Program-made: the position numbers and the translations under genes
In this document: positions 10,333 to 19,900 of the stretch, one piece after another
How positions within the stretch are numbered: position 1 is the first letter of the stretch
Layout: each line of letters begins with the position of its first letter
NCBI GenBank assembly: GCA_963796685.1
Contig: CAWCMR010000009.1
Span: 352,001-416,000, forward strand
DNA: 64,000 nt
Direction: 5' to 3'
Origin: an uncultured delta proteobacterium
Lineage (GTDB): Bacteria; Myxococcota_A; Polyangia; Fen-1088
Notes under the pieces: generated by a model
Told to the model about the DNA's origin: nothing
The model's input: only the letters and a program-made list of their open reading frames with translations
Database searches by the model: none

Positions 10333-11307
10333 TCACGTGAAAACTCGGCCCTGCCGCGCGGATACCAGGTAGCTTTCCCCACCCCGGCCTTGCCAGGCGC
10401 GCAGGTCAAACGCCGCATCGTGGTCGCCGGCACGGATACGGTAGGCGGAGATGTTCTCATAGGTCAGCGGCTGGCCGGGCAGGCAAGTTTGGGGCAGCCC
10501 CGGGGCGAGCAGGAAACACGCCGATCCGCGATTCGAGTCCGGACGTTTGTCGACCACGGTGCCAAGGCCATCGGCTTCGACCAGGACTGCCGTCATTTCG
10601 TCGACAGCGATCGCGCGCGGTGCTTTGGCCCATCCGTCTTGCGCCAAGCGAGCCAGGAAGGCGAGCAGCCTTCCCATGCGATCGCGATCGTGGAAGTGGC
10701 TGTCGGTGATCGCGTTGCGCAGGTACGCGTAGGGCGTCCCTAGGCTCGGTGAATAGACGAGCGCACGCTCGAGGGTCATGCACGCGTGGTAGGGATCGGC
10801 GAGCGCTTCGCTGGAATACACCGTATCGTTGCTGGCGGAGAACAGGAATTCGCCCAGTACCGCCAAGCCTGCGCTCGAGCCTCCCATGGGCACACCCCGG
10901 CGCAAGAGATCGCCGATGGCCTGCTGAACGGGCGTGTCCTTCCACATCCTGACGTAGTCCCACTGGTCGCCACCCTGGATGAAGAGCGCGTCGGCGCCGC
11001 GGATGGTCCGGAGTACCGCGGGGTCCGCGGTTGCGTCGCGCGACGAGAAGATCAGGGTCTCCACGGACGATGGATGCGGCGGCGGCAGGTCTTGATAGAT
11101 GTAGCGGCCGTATTCGTCGCTGCCGTCGGCGCCAATGACGACGAAGCGGCCCCAGCCCGATTTGGCGAAGAGCCAAGCAAAGGCGCTGTCGACTTCGGGC
11201 GGCGGGCCCTCCGGCGGTCCGCCGAGCAAGGCCATCCCGGGCGTGACCGGCCCGCGCGGCGTGGGGCGGCTCGAAGAATGGACGTAGGACGCGTATCCCG
11301 TGGGCAT
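10333..11307 (-). CDS. cphB: Cyanophycinase-like serine peptidase (peptidase S51)
   Basis: ALFIQGGDQ, GGSSAG (catalytic Ser), DSHFHDRDRMGRL, IAVDEMTA; 3 bp downstream of the cphA-like gene. Confidence 0.8.
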   Translation of the reverse strand: MPTGYASYVHSSSRPTPRGPVTPGMALLGGPPEGPPPEVDSAFAWLFAKSGWGRFVVIGADGSDEYGRYIYQDLPPPHPSSVETLIFSSRDATADPAVLRTIRGADALFIQGGDQWDYVRMWKDTPVQQAIGDLLRRGVPMGGSSAGLAVLGEFLFSASNDTVYSSEALADPYHACMTLERALVYSPSLGTPYAYLRNAITDSHFHDRDRMGRLLAFLARLAQDGWAKAPRAIAVDEMTAVLVEADGLGTVVDKRPDSNRGSACFLLAPGLPQTCLPGQPLTYENISAYRIRAGDHDAAFDLRAWQGRGGESYLVSARQGRVFT

Positions 11308-11310
11308 GGT

Positions 11311-13401
11311 CTAGACCTCGCGCAACAGCAATGGAAGGCGCGCCGCAATCGTTTCCGCCGGTACGCCCATGGCCCACGCCGCACCCGCTGCCTGGAGCCA
11401 GCCGCGCCACGCGCCTTCGGCAAGAGTCCGCTCCGCGCCAAGAGGCACCGCGTGCTCCTTCCCATCGCACGACAGAAATACCAGATGGCCATCGTGAAGG
11501 AAGACGGCGGCACATCCCCCGTGCCGGGCGCGAACCGACGCGTCGTCGCCCACGATCATCATCGTGCCGGCAATGGAGTCCACGGCTGCCAGCGCTGCAT
11601 CGTCGCGGTCATCGATCACCACGGTGCCGCGAGGCTGGGCGACCAAGACCAAGACGCCAGCGGCTCGGGCGCTCTCGGCATCGAGTACGGCCGCGACTTC
11701 GGGGTCGAACGTCAAAATCGCGGCATCGACGCAATCGAGACCCAAGCCCTCCTCGCGAATGCTCGCCGGATCGCGCTCCAGCACAGCCGAGTCGACCTCG
11801 GGACACAGCAGGACCGCAAGACTGCCGGAAACGCCGCTTTGATCGCCGCCTTTGATGGGCTCTCCATCGAGAAAGAGGCCGCGCGAGCTCGCCGTGCCGA
11901 TCCCGCGGCCAGGCGCGCGCAGGAGCTCGGCCAGAAGGCGGCCAGTGCGAGCCCGATCGCCGGTGCCGCTCACCAGGGCGAGCGGGATGCGACCGGTCTT
12001 GCCGTCGGGAAAGAGCGAATCGATGATGGCCTCGCAGACCGGACGGTGGCTGTCGCACAGGGGCGGAAAATGAAACGCGATGGTCGGTTCGGCGTTCACT
12101 TCGAGAATCGCGCCCCCCTGCTCTTCCAGTGGCCGCGCGATATCCTCGGCGACCACGTCCAACCCGGCCACATCCAGACCGATCACGCGTGCCGCGCGCA
12201 CGCATTGCGCGGCCACACGTGGGTGTACGAGATCGGTCACATCGCTAACACCCGCGCCCGCCCAAGAATGGGCGATACGACTCAAGACCACCTCGCGCCC
12301 GGCCGGCACCACGGCGGCGAGCGCGTAACCCTGCTCGGCCAACAGCTGGGGCGTGTCGTCGTCCGGGCAAACCCGGGTCAGGGGCAACCGCAGATCGTCG
12401 CCGCGCCTGGGATCCCGGTTGGCGATCTCCATGAGCTGCGCAACCGTGTGCTGGCCATCCCCGGTCAGACGAACCGGTTCGCGGCGCACCGCCGCGACCA
12501 ACCGATCGCCCACCACGGTCAGGCGGTATTGCGCCCCTGGCACGAAGCGCTCGACCAGCACCTCTTCGCGATACTCCCGAGCGGCGGCGTAGGCAGCCAC
12601 CACCTGCTCGCGGGTGTGCAGGTGAAGGCCAATCCCGTGGCCATAGTCGGCGCTCGCGGGCTTGACTACCACCGGCGTGCCCAGCTCGCACGCGATGGAC
12701 CATGCGTGCTCGGCGCTGTCGGCTTGACGACCGATGGGAACGGGAATCCCGACCTGCGCGAGCAGCTCTTTCGTCAGCTTCTTGTCGAGCGAGATCCACT
12801 CGGCGATCTTGCCCGTGCGTTCGGTCACCGAGGTTCGGATCCGTCGGCGCTGCGCTCCGTGACCAAGCTGCACCAGGCTCTCACCGTCGAGGCGGCGATA
12901 GGGAATGCCCCTGGCGCGCGCGGCGGCCACCAGTGGTCCGGTCGCCCGGCCCAGGCACACGTCTTCGGCAAGAGAGCGCAGCCGTGCCGTTTCTGCGGGC
13001 ACATCGAGAGCTTCGCCGGCCAGGGCCGCCAAGCACATGCGTCGAGCGGATTCGAGGCAAGCGCGCGCGAGGCGTTCCTCTTCATAGGCGAAGGCGATGT
13101 CCACGGTCGCGGACGACGCGCGCGGGGCGATGGCCGCGCAACCCGCGGGCGTGCTGGCCAGGGCTTGCAGATGCACGGCAACACCGCGCAAGGCATCGGC
13201 CACGCGCACTTGCGGAGGCCGCGACGGGTCCTCGCAGGCCGGGGACCAGCCCGGAAGCGAGGCGGACAGTCGCTGCTCGAGCTCCACCACGCCGTGGGCG
13301 GGTAGGCCTGGGTACGCCGCGACCGACACGCGCGCCTCGAGCGCGGAATCCGGCCCCCACACGTTGGGGCCCTGCAGCGCCCTCACCTTGAGCAATTCCA
13401 T
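11311..13401 (-). CDS. Cyanophycin synthetase-like ATP-grasp ligase (696 aa; CphA2/CphA'-like, degenerate Mur-ligase domain)
   Basis: RALQGPNVW N-terminus, RGIPYRRL..SLVQLGHG, DKKLTK, VVKP, GDGQHTV.QL..NRDPRRG, DVTD, GLDV, LEVNAEP, GRIP; Mur P-loop reads GTGDRAR instead of GTNGKTT. Confidence 0.88.
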   Translation of the reverse strand: MELLKVRALQGPNVWGPDSALEARVSVAAYPGLPAHGVVELEQRLSASLPGWSPACEDPSRPPQVRVADALRGVAVHLQALASTPAGCAAIAPRASSATVDIAFAYEEERLARACLESARRMCLAALAGEALDVPAETARLRSLAEDVCLGRATGPLVAAARARGIPYRRLDGESLVQLGHGAQRRRIRTSVTERTGKIAEWISLDKKLTKELLAQVGIPVPIGRQADSAEHAWSIACELGTPVVVKPASADYGHGIGLHLHTREQVVAAYAAAREYREEVLVERFVPGAQYRLTVVGDRLVAAVRREPVRLTGDGQHTVAQLMEIANRDPRRGDDLRLPLTRVCPDDDTPQLLAEQGYALAAVVPAGREVVLSRIAHSWAGAGVSDVTDLVHPRVAAQCVRAARVIGLDVAGLDVVAEDIARPLEEQGGAILEVNAEPTIAFHFPPLCDSHRPVCEAIIDSLFPDGKTGRIPLALVSGTGDRARTGRLLAELLRAPGRGIGTASSRGLFLDGEPIKGGDQSGVSGSLAVLLCPEVDSAVLERDPASIREEGLGLDCVDAAILTFDPEVAAVLDAESARAAGVLVLVAQPRGTVVIDDRDDAALAAVDSIAGTMMIVGDDASVRARHGGCAAVFLHDGHLVFLSCDGKEHAVPLGAERTLAEGAWRGWLQAAGAAWAMGVPAETIAARLPLLLREV

Positions 13402-13513
13402 CGGCGTATCTATTGCCGATCCATGTGTCCGAGTCCAGGCCTCCTGGCACACCCTCTGCTCGACCTGTCCGAGCAGCTCGCTGCCCTGACCGCGCGATTC
13501 AGGACCTGAGCCG

Positions 13514-14536
13514 CTACCGGCCTCCTGCGTGCCACGGCGTGAAGCCGCGCCCGCGCGCCGGCTGGGCATCGAGGTCGAGCCAACGCAGCATGATCGCGCG
13601 TGCGAGGTGCACGCCGGCGGACTTGCGCATCACATGCCGGACCGCTTCGGCAGCCGCGTGATCGCCGCCGGCCTCCAGACCCACGACCACCAGGTACAGA
13701 TCCTCCACGTCGTCGTCTTGCGCGGGATCCACGCGCTTGGCGGCAGCGAGCGCGTCCCCACGTCTGCCGTCGAGCGCGGCAAAGTAGGCCTCGAGCACGG
13801 CCACCGAATCGGGAAAGCCGACAGCGCGGTAGTCGTCGAGCGCGGATTCGGCATAGCCCACGAGCGCCTGCTTGACCGAGCCCGAGCGCGACTCGGCCAG
13901 CATGCGCGTAAGGTAGGCGCGGTGCCAGCGATCCTTCTGCAGGGCGAGGGTCGCGCGCCCCCGCGCATCCCACGTTCCACGCGCAGCGCACAGGGTCGCC
14001 TGATCGTTCTCGGCCAGGGCCGCGGCCGGATCGCCCTGCGCTTCCCGGACCATCATCATCATGTTGTGCGACCAGAACTCGTCGGCCAGCTCGGGGTGCT
14101 TGGCGAGGGCGGGGATAAGGGCCAGCAACGCCGCGCCCGCGCGTTCGAAGTCGCCCGCATACGCGAAGCGCATCGCGCGCACGCGTGCCGCAAGATACGC
14201 GAGGTGCACATCGTCGCCTGCATCCGCGGTCGCGAACGCGATCTGCTGGTCTGCTTTGGTCATGTCGTTCGCCGCGATGGCCTTCACCGCCGCATCGAGA
14301 GCCTGCTGGAGTGCCGGAGGCAAAGGCGATGGTCCGGGCGGGACGGGTGGGGCCGGAGCTGGTGCTGGAAGTGGAGGCGCAGGGGCCACCCCGGGAGCGG
14401 CCGAAGTGGGTGGACCGGGAGCGGGCGGAGGCGGTGCGGGCGCGAACGAGGTCGGGGCGACCGGAACCGAGGCGCACGCGCCAGGCAGGGCGGCCGCAAG
14501 AGTCAGACCGGCGATGGCGGGCAGTCGGTATCGCAT
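13514..14536 (-). CDS. Hypothetical lipoprotein, Pro-rich linker plus alpha-helical (TPR-like) domain
   Basis: Signal ending PGA-C; poly-Pro stretch; Ala-rich helical remainder; GC3-rich frame. Confidence 0.65.
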   Translation of the reverse strand: MRYRLPAIAGLTLAAALPGACASVPVAPTSFAPAPPPPAPGPPTSAAPGVAPAPPLPAPAPAPPVPPGPSPLPPALQQALDAAVKAIAANDMTKADQQIAFATADAGDDVHLAYLAARVRAMRFAYAGDFERAGAALLALIPALAKHPELADEFWSHNMMMMVREAQGDPAAALAENDQATLCAARGTWDARGRATLALQKDRWHRAYLTRMLAESRSGSVKQALVGYAESALDDYRAVGFPDSVAVLEAYFAALDGRRGDALAAAKRVDPAQDDDVEDLYLVVVGLEAGGDHAAAEAVRHVMRKSAGVHLARAIMLRWLDLDAQPARGRGFTPWHAGGR

Positions 14537-14774
14537 GGGGAAAGCTTACACGTCTTCGGGAGCACCGGCGACAGTGCCCTTTGCCTCGCAATCCCGCGGC
14601 AAGACGAAACTTTTCGCCCAGTCGGGCGGCCAAGGGCGGCGGTCGAACATTGCATTGCGCGCTCATCGCGCTAGTCTCCGGTGCGGTTACGCGTGGGTGG
14701 AGGATCGATCTCGTTGTTGTTTCAGGTATCAGTCCCTCCTGCCACAACTCGAATCAGCAAAGGAGGATCGGATC

Positions 14775-15620
14775 ATGGGGAAGTCAATGATGCGTGGAAA
14801 GCTGTTTGGGCTGTTCTTGGTCGCCGGTGGATTGCTCGTGCCGCGCGCGACTCTGGCGGATGACGACAGTAGATGCGCGGGGCTACCCTCGCAAAGTGCG
14901 CTGCAAAGTGCGCTGGTGGCCGCAGTCGCGGCGGAAACCAGCGGGCTCAACAATCACATGTGGGCCACCGTCGTCAATCGCGACGGAGTGGTCTGCGCCG
15001 TGGCTTTCTCGGGCAGCAATCGCGCCGCCCAATGGCCGGGCAGCCGCGTTGTCGCGGCACAGAAGGCCAACACCGCGAACGCCTTCAGCCTCGACAGCTC
15101 GTCCGCGAGCAACGGCTCGGGGCAGCCGGCCGGACTGGCGCTTTCTTCGGCCAACCTCTACGCCGGCTCCAATCCCGGTGGCAGCGCGTACGAGTTGCAG
15201 ATCAGCAATCCGGTGGACACCACCGTCGCCTACGCCGGCAACCCGGAAAAATACGGAACCAAGAACGATCCCATGGTGGGTCACCGCGTGGGTGGCGTGA
15301 ACATCTTCGGCGGTGGCCTGGCGCTCTATACCCCGGGGCACGTGCTCATCGGAGGCTTGGGCGTCAGCGGAGACACTTCCTGCGCGGACCACTTCATCGC
15401 ATGGCGCACGCGCAATCAGCTCAACCTGGACCACCTCGGTGCATCGGGCTCGACTCCGGCGGTCGGCGGAGTCTCGGGCGATCCGCAGCGTCCCGACAAC
15501 ATCGTCTTCGACATCACCCCCAACCCTCAAGGCGGTACGGGAGTGAGCGCCGGGGGCTTCGGTCACCCCATGTGCGTGAACACGGGAAACCAGCTCGCAC
15601 TTCCCGCCGTTCGACCGTAA
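14775..15620 (+). CDS. Secreted GlcG/HbpS-family heme-binding protein
   Basis: RBS AAGGAGG; signal peptide; WATVVNRDG, AAQKANTANAF, GGGLALY..GGLGVSGD..CADH. Confidence 0.8.
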   Translation: MGKSMMRGKLFGLFLVAGGLLVPRATLADDDSRCAGLPSQSALQSALVAAVAAETSGLNNHMWATVVNRDGVVCAVAFSGSNRAAQWPGSRVVAAQKANTANAFSLDSSSASNGSGQPAGLALSSANLYAGSNPGGSAYELQISNPVDTTVAYAGNPEKYGTKNDPMVGHRVGGVNIFGGGLALYTPGHVLIGGLGVSGDTSCADHFIAWRTRNQLNLDHLGASGSTPAVGGVSGDPQRPDNIVFDITPNPQGGTGVSAGGFGHPMCVNTGNQLALPAVRP

Positions 15621-15660
15621 ACCAAGGATCCAGCCAATTTGCGCCGGAGGCGCCGGGCGC

Positions 15661-16905
15661 TCAACCCGCCAGTCGCAACAAGGAGCTGCTCATGGCCTCG
15701 CACACCTGCTCCATCCGCATCGCGGACTGGTTGTTGATGCGCCCGCCGGCCTCGCCTTGCGCGTAGAGCAGCAGGGTGACGTGCCCGTCGACGATGACCG
15801 GCGACACGAGGACCTCGGTGGGGGCGTGGCAACGAAACGCGTTCCACAACGGGCCGTGTACGGCCATGCCGTCGGGCGGTGGCGTGCCTCGAAAGGTCGA
15901 CCGGCGGCTGCGGGCGATACGGAAACACGAAGGCAGGGAAAGCGAGAAGGTGAGGCCCTCGACCTCGGACCGCACGTGCCCGTCGGAGAAGCCGAAACGT
16001 CCCCGCGCGACCGCGCCTGCCACGGAAAACATGGCGCCGACCCCGAAGCAGGTGCGCATGAAGGCAAACAAGCTGTCCGAGAGGTCCTGCTGGTCGGCGG
16101 CGAAACGAATCTGATCGACGGCGAGCTGCGCGCCCGCGCCGGTGATGGGCACCACCAAGGGGGTCAGAGGATTGCGTGAGGCCACCCGAGTCGGCTTGGG
16201 CGGCGTACGAGCATCCATGGGTGGGATGTAGGCAAGCGGCGTGGGCGTGAAGCAAAGCGCGTCTTCCATGACCGCCACGGGTGCGGCAGGCTCGCTCGTG
16301 TGCGTGCCCGGCTTGAGCGGCGCGAGGCGAATGCCTTGGTGGTGGCCTTGGGGAGGCTTGCGATGGGTGCGCAAGGCCGGCCGGATATCATCGTCCTTGG
16401 CCACCGGCTTCCTGGACGCGGTCTGGTGCGGGCTTGGCAGTGCCAGCGCCGGTCGCGGGACGCCGGGCTTACCCTTCCTGCGCACCCCGTAGAGAAGCTC
16501 GAGGTGCCGGGCAATGGCCAGCTCCGTGGCCACCATGGGATCGACCGTCGCGCCCAGAATGAACGCCAGTCGGTCGAGAGCGCGTGGGTTGGCCGGGTTG
16601 GCCATGGCCACCGCGACCCGACGGCGGTTGGTGAGAAAGAGAGGAATGGCCTGTAGCTCGACCGCTTGGTGGACGACGACGCGCCGGCGCAACGCCAGCT
16701 CGGAGCGCGCGAAATCCGCCTCCAGCGCCGGCGGCACGCCGAACTGTTCGGCCAGCGCCAGCGCCACCTGATCGTTCGTGAGAGCCCCTGATTCGACGAA
16801 CCAGGTTCCGATGCGCACCCCCTGCGCATGTTGCTGGGCGAGCGCAGCCTGTAGAACGGCCTCCGTGATGAGGCCCTGTTTGACCAGAATTTCACCCAAC
16901 CTCAT
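15661..16905 (-). CDS. MshEN/T2SSE_N domain protein with Pro-rich linker and C-terminal GAF-like domain, no ATPase (paralog 1)
   Basis: Tandem RLGEILVKQGLIT..LQAALAQQ / RIGTWFVESGALT motifs; AIPL..VAVAMANP; no Walker A. Confidence 0.8.
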   Translation of the reverse strand: MRLGEILVKQGLITEAVLQAALAQQHAQGVRIGTWFVESGALTNDQVALALAEQFGVPPALEADFARSELALRRRVVVHQAVELQAIPLFLTNRRRVAVAMANPANPRALDRLAFILGATVDPMVATELAIARHLELLYGVRRKGKPGVPRPALALPSPHQTASRKPVAKDDDIRPALRTHRKPPQGHHQGIRLAPLKPGTHTSEPAAPVAVMEDALCFTPTPLAYIPPMDARTPPKPTRVASRNPLTPLVVPITGAGAQLAVDQIRFAADQQDLSDSLFAFMRTCFGVGAMFSVAGAVARGRFGFSDGHVRSEVEGLTFSLSLPSCFRIARSRRSTFRGTPPPDGMAVHGPLWNAFRCHAPTEVLVSPVIVDGHVTLLLYAQGEAGGRINNQSAMRMEQVCEAMSSSLLRLAG

Positions 16906-17106
16906 GCCTGCCTCGCCTTCTTCGCACGAGCTTTCGCCTGATGCGGCTAGGTCGATCACCTGTCATCTCGCGAATGCTATCGGCACCTGCAAAGAGGTTC
17001 TGTAGCCCCGGCGCAGCGCAGGTTCAACGCACTGTCCAACCTCGCGACCGCAAAGCCCTTGCGTCTCGAGACATGGTGCAAGAACATGCCCGTAGAAAGA
17101 ACTACC

Positions 17107-18447
17107 ATGAGCGACCCCGTCTTCTGGCACCGCCTGCAATTCGGTTTCACCGCCACCTACCACTATCTGTTCCCGCAGCTCACCATGGGGCTGGCGCTGT
17201 TCATCGTCATCCTGAAGATGCTGGCCCGCCGCTCCGGCAACCAACGCTACCAAGACGCGGCGCGGTTCTGGATCCGCATCTTCGGCATCAACTTCGCGAT
17301 CGGGGTGGTCACCGGCATTCCCATGGAATTCCAGTTCGGCACCAATTGGGCGCAGTTCACCCAGCGCACCGGCCCCGTCATCGGCCAGACCCTGGCCATG
17401 GAAGGCATGTTTGCCTTCTTTCTCGAATCGAGCTTCCTCGGCGTGCTCATCTGGGGCGAGGAAAAGTTCGGGCGCAAAATCCACGACCTTGCCGCGTGGG
17501 CGCTCTTCGCGGGCTCGTGGCTTTCCGGGTACTTCATCATCGCCACCAACGCCTTCATGCAAAACCCGGTCGGGCATCGGGTCGCCCTCGACGGCAGCTT
17601 CCAGATCGCCGATTTTCTCGCCTTCCTGCTCAATCCGTGGGCACTCGCGCAGTACGCGCACAACATGGTCGCCTCGGTGGTCACGGCCTCCTTCGTGGTG
17701 ACCGCGGTGGGGGCGTACTACTCCCTGCGCGAGGCCCATCTCGAACAGGCGAGGATCTTTCTCAAGCTCGGCGTGATCGTCGGGCTCGTGGCCAGCCTCC
17801 TGGTGGCGTTCCCGACCGGCGACCGACAGGGCAAGTTGGTGGCCAAGCACCAACCCATCGCCCTGGCGGCGATGGAGGGCCGATGGAACAGCGGGACCTG
17901 GGCCGAGATCAACTTCATCGGTCAGCCTGACGTCAAGAACCGGCGCCTCGACAACCCCATCCGCATGCCGGGCATCCTCAGCTTCATCGCCTACGGTTCC
18001 TTCGACAGCGACGTCAAGGGACTGAGCGAATTTCCCTCTTCCGAATGGCCGAAGAACATCGAGCTGCTCTACTACAGCTTCCACATCATGGTCGGTCTCG
18101 GAACCATCCTCATCGCGCTCATGGGCCTGTCGGCCTTTCTGCTTTGGCGCGGCCGACTCGAGCGCGCGCGCTGGCTGCACTGGATCCTCATGCTGGCCTT
18201 TCCCTTCCCCTACATCGCCACCACGGCGGGCTGGATGACCGCCGAGCTCGGCCGCCAGCCGTGGCTGGTGTACGGCCTTCTGCGCACGGGCGACGGCAGC
18301 AGCCAGCTGGTTCACAGCGGTCAGACCGTCTTCACCTTGCTGGGATTCGCCGGCCTCTTTGTCATCCTCGGCTTCCTGTTCGTGTACCTCATTCTGCGCG
18401 AAATCGAGCACGGTCCTGTGCCCCACGGCGCCCAGGCGGAGACATAG
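17107..18447 (+). CDS. cydA: Cytochrome bd ubiquinol oxidase subunit I
   Basis: RLQFGFTATYHYLFP, GIPMEFQFGTNW, EGMFAFFLES, QPIALAAMEG, GWMTAELGRQPW. Confidence 0.97.
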   Translation: MSDPVFWHRLQFGFTATYHYLFPQLTMGLALFIVILKMLARRSGNQRYQDAARFWIRIFGINFAIGVVTGIPMEFQFGTNWAQFTQRTGPVIGQTLAMEGMFAFFLESSFLGVLIWGEEKFGRKIHDLAAWALFAGSWLSGYFIIATNAFMQNPVGHRVALDGSFQIADFLAFLLNPWALAQYAHNMVASVVTASFVVTAVGAYYSLREAHLEQARIFLKLGVIVGLVASLLVAFPTGDRQGKLVAKHQPIALAAMEGRWNSGTWAEINFIGQPDVKNRRLDNPIRMPGILSFIAYGSFDSDVKGLSEFPSSEWPKNIELLYYSFHIMVGLGTILIALMGLSAFLLWRGRLERARWLHWILMLAFPFPYIATTAGWMTAELGRQPWLVYGLLRTGDGSSQLVHSGQTVFTLLGFAGLFVILGFLFVYLILREIEHGPVPHGAQAET

Positions 18448-18449
18448 CC

Positions 18450-19496
18450 ATGGAAATGCTCTGGTTCTGGCTCGTCAGTGTCATGGTGGCCATCTACTCC
18501 GTGATGGATGGTTTCGATTTCGGCGCCGGCATCCTGCACCACTTCGTGGCACGCACCGACGGCGAGCGCCGCCAGGTGCTGGGCGCCATCGGTCCGCTGT
18601 GGGACGGCAACGAGGTCTGGCTGCTCGCGGGTGGCGGCAGTCTCCTCCTCGCCTTCCCCGCCGTGCTCGCCGCGGGCTTCTCGGGCTTCTACCTGGCCAT
18701 GTTCATGGTGGTGTGGACGCTCATGCTGCGCGGGATTGCCATCGAGTTCCGCAGCCACGTGAAAAGCGGCATGTGGCGCGCGTTTTGGGACTTCGTCTTC
18801 AGCTTCGCCAGCACGCTGCTGCCCGTGCTGCTCGGCGCGGCCCTGGGCAATGTGGTGCGCGGGGTGCCGCTCGACAACACCGGCTACTTCAACATTCCGC
18901 TCTTCACTCACTTCGCCACCCACAATCCCGTGGGCATCCTCGACTGGTACACCGTGCTCATGGGCGTGTTCGTGCTGGTGACCCTGGCCAACCACGGCGC
19001 CCTGTTCTTGGCCTGGAAGACCGACGGTCCCGTGCACGAGCGCGCGCGCAGGCTGGCCCTGCCCCTGTCGGTGCTGACCGCGGTGCTGGGCGGCCTCGCC
19101 ACCCTTTCTACCGCGCAGGTCAACCCCGACATCTACGCCAACCTGCCGCACGCGCCTTTGGCCTGGATCGGACTCTTCCTCTTCGTGCTTGGACTGGCCA
19201 CCGCATTCACGGGCCAGTTGCGCGGGCGATTCCTCGTCGCCTTCCTGGGTAGCGCCGCCTTCGTCGTCGGCCTGCTCGTGGCCACCGCGGCGTGCGTGTT
19301 CCCGGTCATGCTCAAGTCCACCCTCGATCCTGCCTGGAGCCTCACCGCCTACAACGCCTCTGCCGGCCACCACGGCCTGGTCACGGGAACCAAGTGGTGG
19401 TTCCTCGGCTTCCCCATCGTCGTCGCCTACTTCGTCTTCCTGTTCCGCCTCCACCGCGGCAAGGTCAAGGCGCAGGCGGACGGTCAGGGCTACTGA
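18450..19496 (+). CDS. cydB: Cytochrome bd ubiquinol oxidase subunit II
   Basis: DGFDFGAG, IGPLWDGNEVWL, LRGIAIEFR, LTAYNASA; 2 bp after cydA. Confidence 0.97.
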   Translation: MEMLWFWLVSVMVAIYSVMDGFDFGAGILHHFVARTDGERRQVLGAIGPLWDGNEVWLLAGGGSLLLAFPAVLAAGFSGFYLAMFMVVWTLMLRGIAIEFRSHVKSGMWRAFWDFVFSFASTLLPVLLGAALGNVVRGVPLDNTGYFNIPLFTHFATHNPVGILDWYTVLMGVFVLVTLANHGALFLAWKTDGPVHERARRLALPLSVLTAVLGGLATLSTAQVNPDIYANLPHAPLAWIGLFLFVLGLATAFTGQLRGRFLVAFLGSAAFVVGLLVATAACVFPVMLKSTLDPAWSLTAYNASAGHHGLVTGTKWWFLGFPIVVAYFVFLFRLHRGKVKAQADGQGY

Positions 19497-19844
19497 GGTC
19501 CCCTATGTGCCGCAAAGACTCGGTACGAAGTACGTCCTATCTTCCAACCCCGCGCCGCACTCCTCGGCGAAGCCACCTGGGGCAGGTTTGGGCGGGCAAG
19601 CTCTAGCTAGTGCGCTTGTGCGCGGAGCCGGCGAACGATGCTCCAGCGGTGGCGGCGGCCAACAAGCGGTCCAGGAGCGGCTCTCTCTCTCTCTCCGATG
19701 GTCTCGTCGGTGGCGACGGTGAGCTCACCGTCGCCGAGCGCGGTGACGAGGGTGATGCCCCCGCGCAGTGCTCGCATTTCGCCGAACACACACAGCAGCC
19801 GGGACTATTGCAGCCGGTTCCGAGGCACTTCATGGTTTATGGGC

Positions 19845-19885
19845 AAGTTACCAAAGTTAGTAAGTTTTGATAACTTGGATAACCT
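19845..19885. promoter_or_regulatory. AT-rich imperfect palindrome (AAGTTA x2 / TAACTT, TAACCT), candidate operator/promoter of the ATPase gene
   Basis: AAGTTA at 19845 and 19854 mirrored by TAACTT at 19871 and TAACCT at 19880, directly before ATG 19901. Confidence 0.5.
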
Positions 19886-19900
19886 TGATATAAAGCGAGC

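Noticed and set aside
10786-13305. 839-aa plus-strand ORF and similar long ORFs (8114..9640, 29906..31930, 16963..18426, 52645..54123)
   Set aside because: Antisense shadows of real genes in high-GC DNA; no motifs
6560-13401. Graspetide/aspartimide RiPP cluster (ATP-grasp + PIMT + ABC transporter)
   Set aside because: The ligase has CphA architecture rather than a RimK-like graspetide synthetase, the PIMT looks like the canonical repair enzyme, and no precursor peptide ORF was found
19497-19620. cydX/cydS small subunit after cydB
   Set aside because: No short hydrophobic ORF with an RBS was recognised
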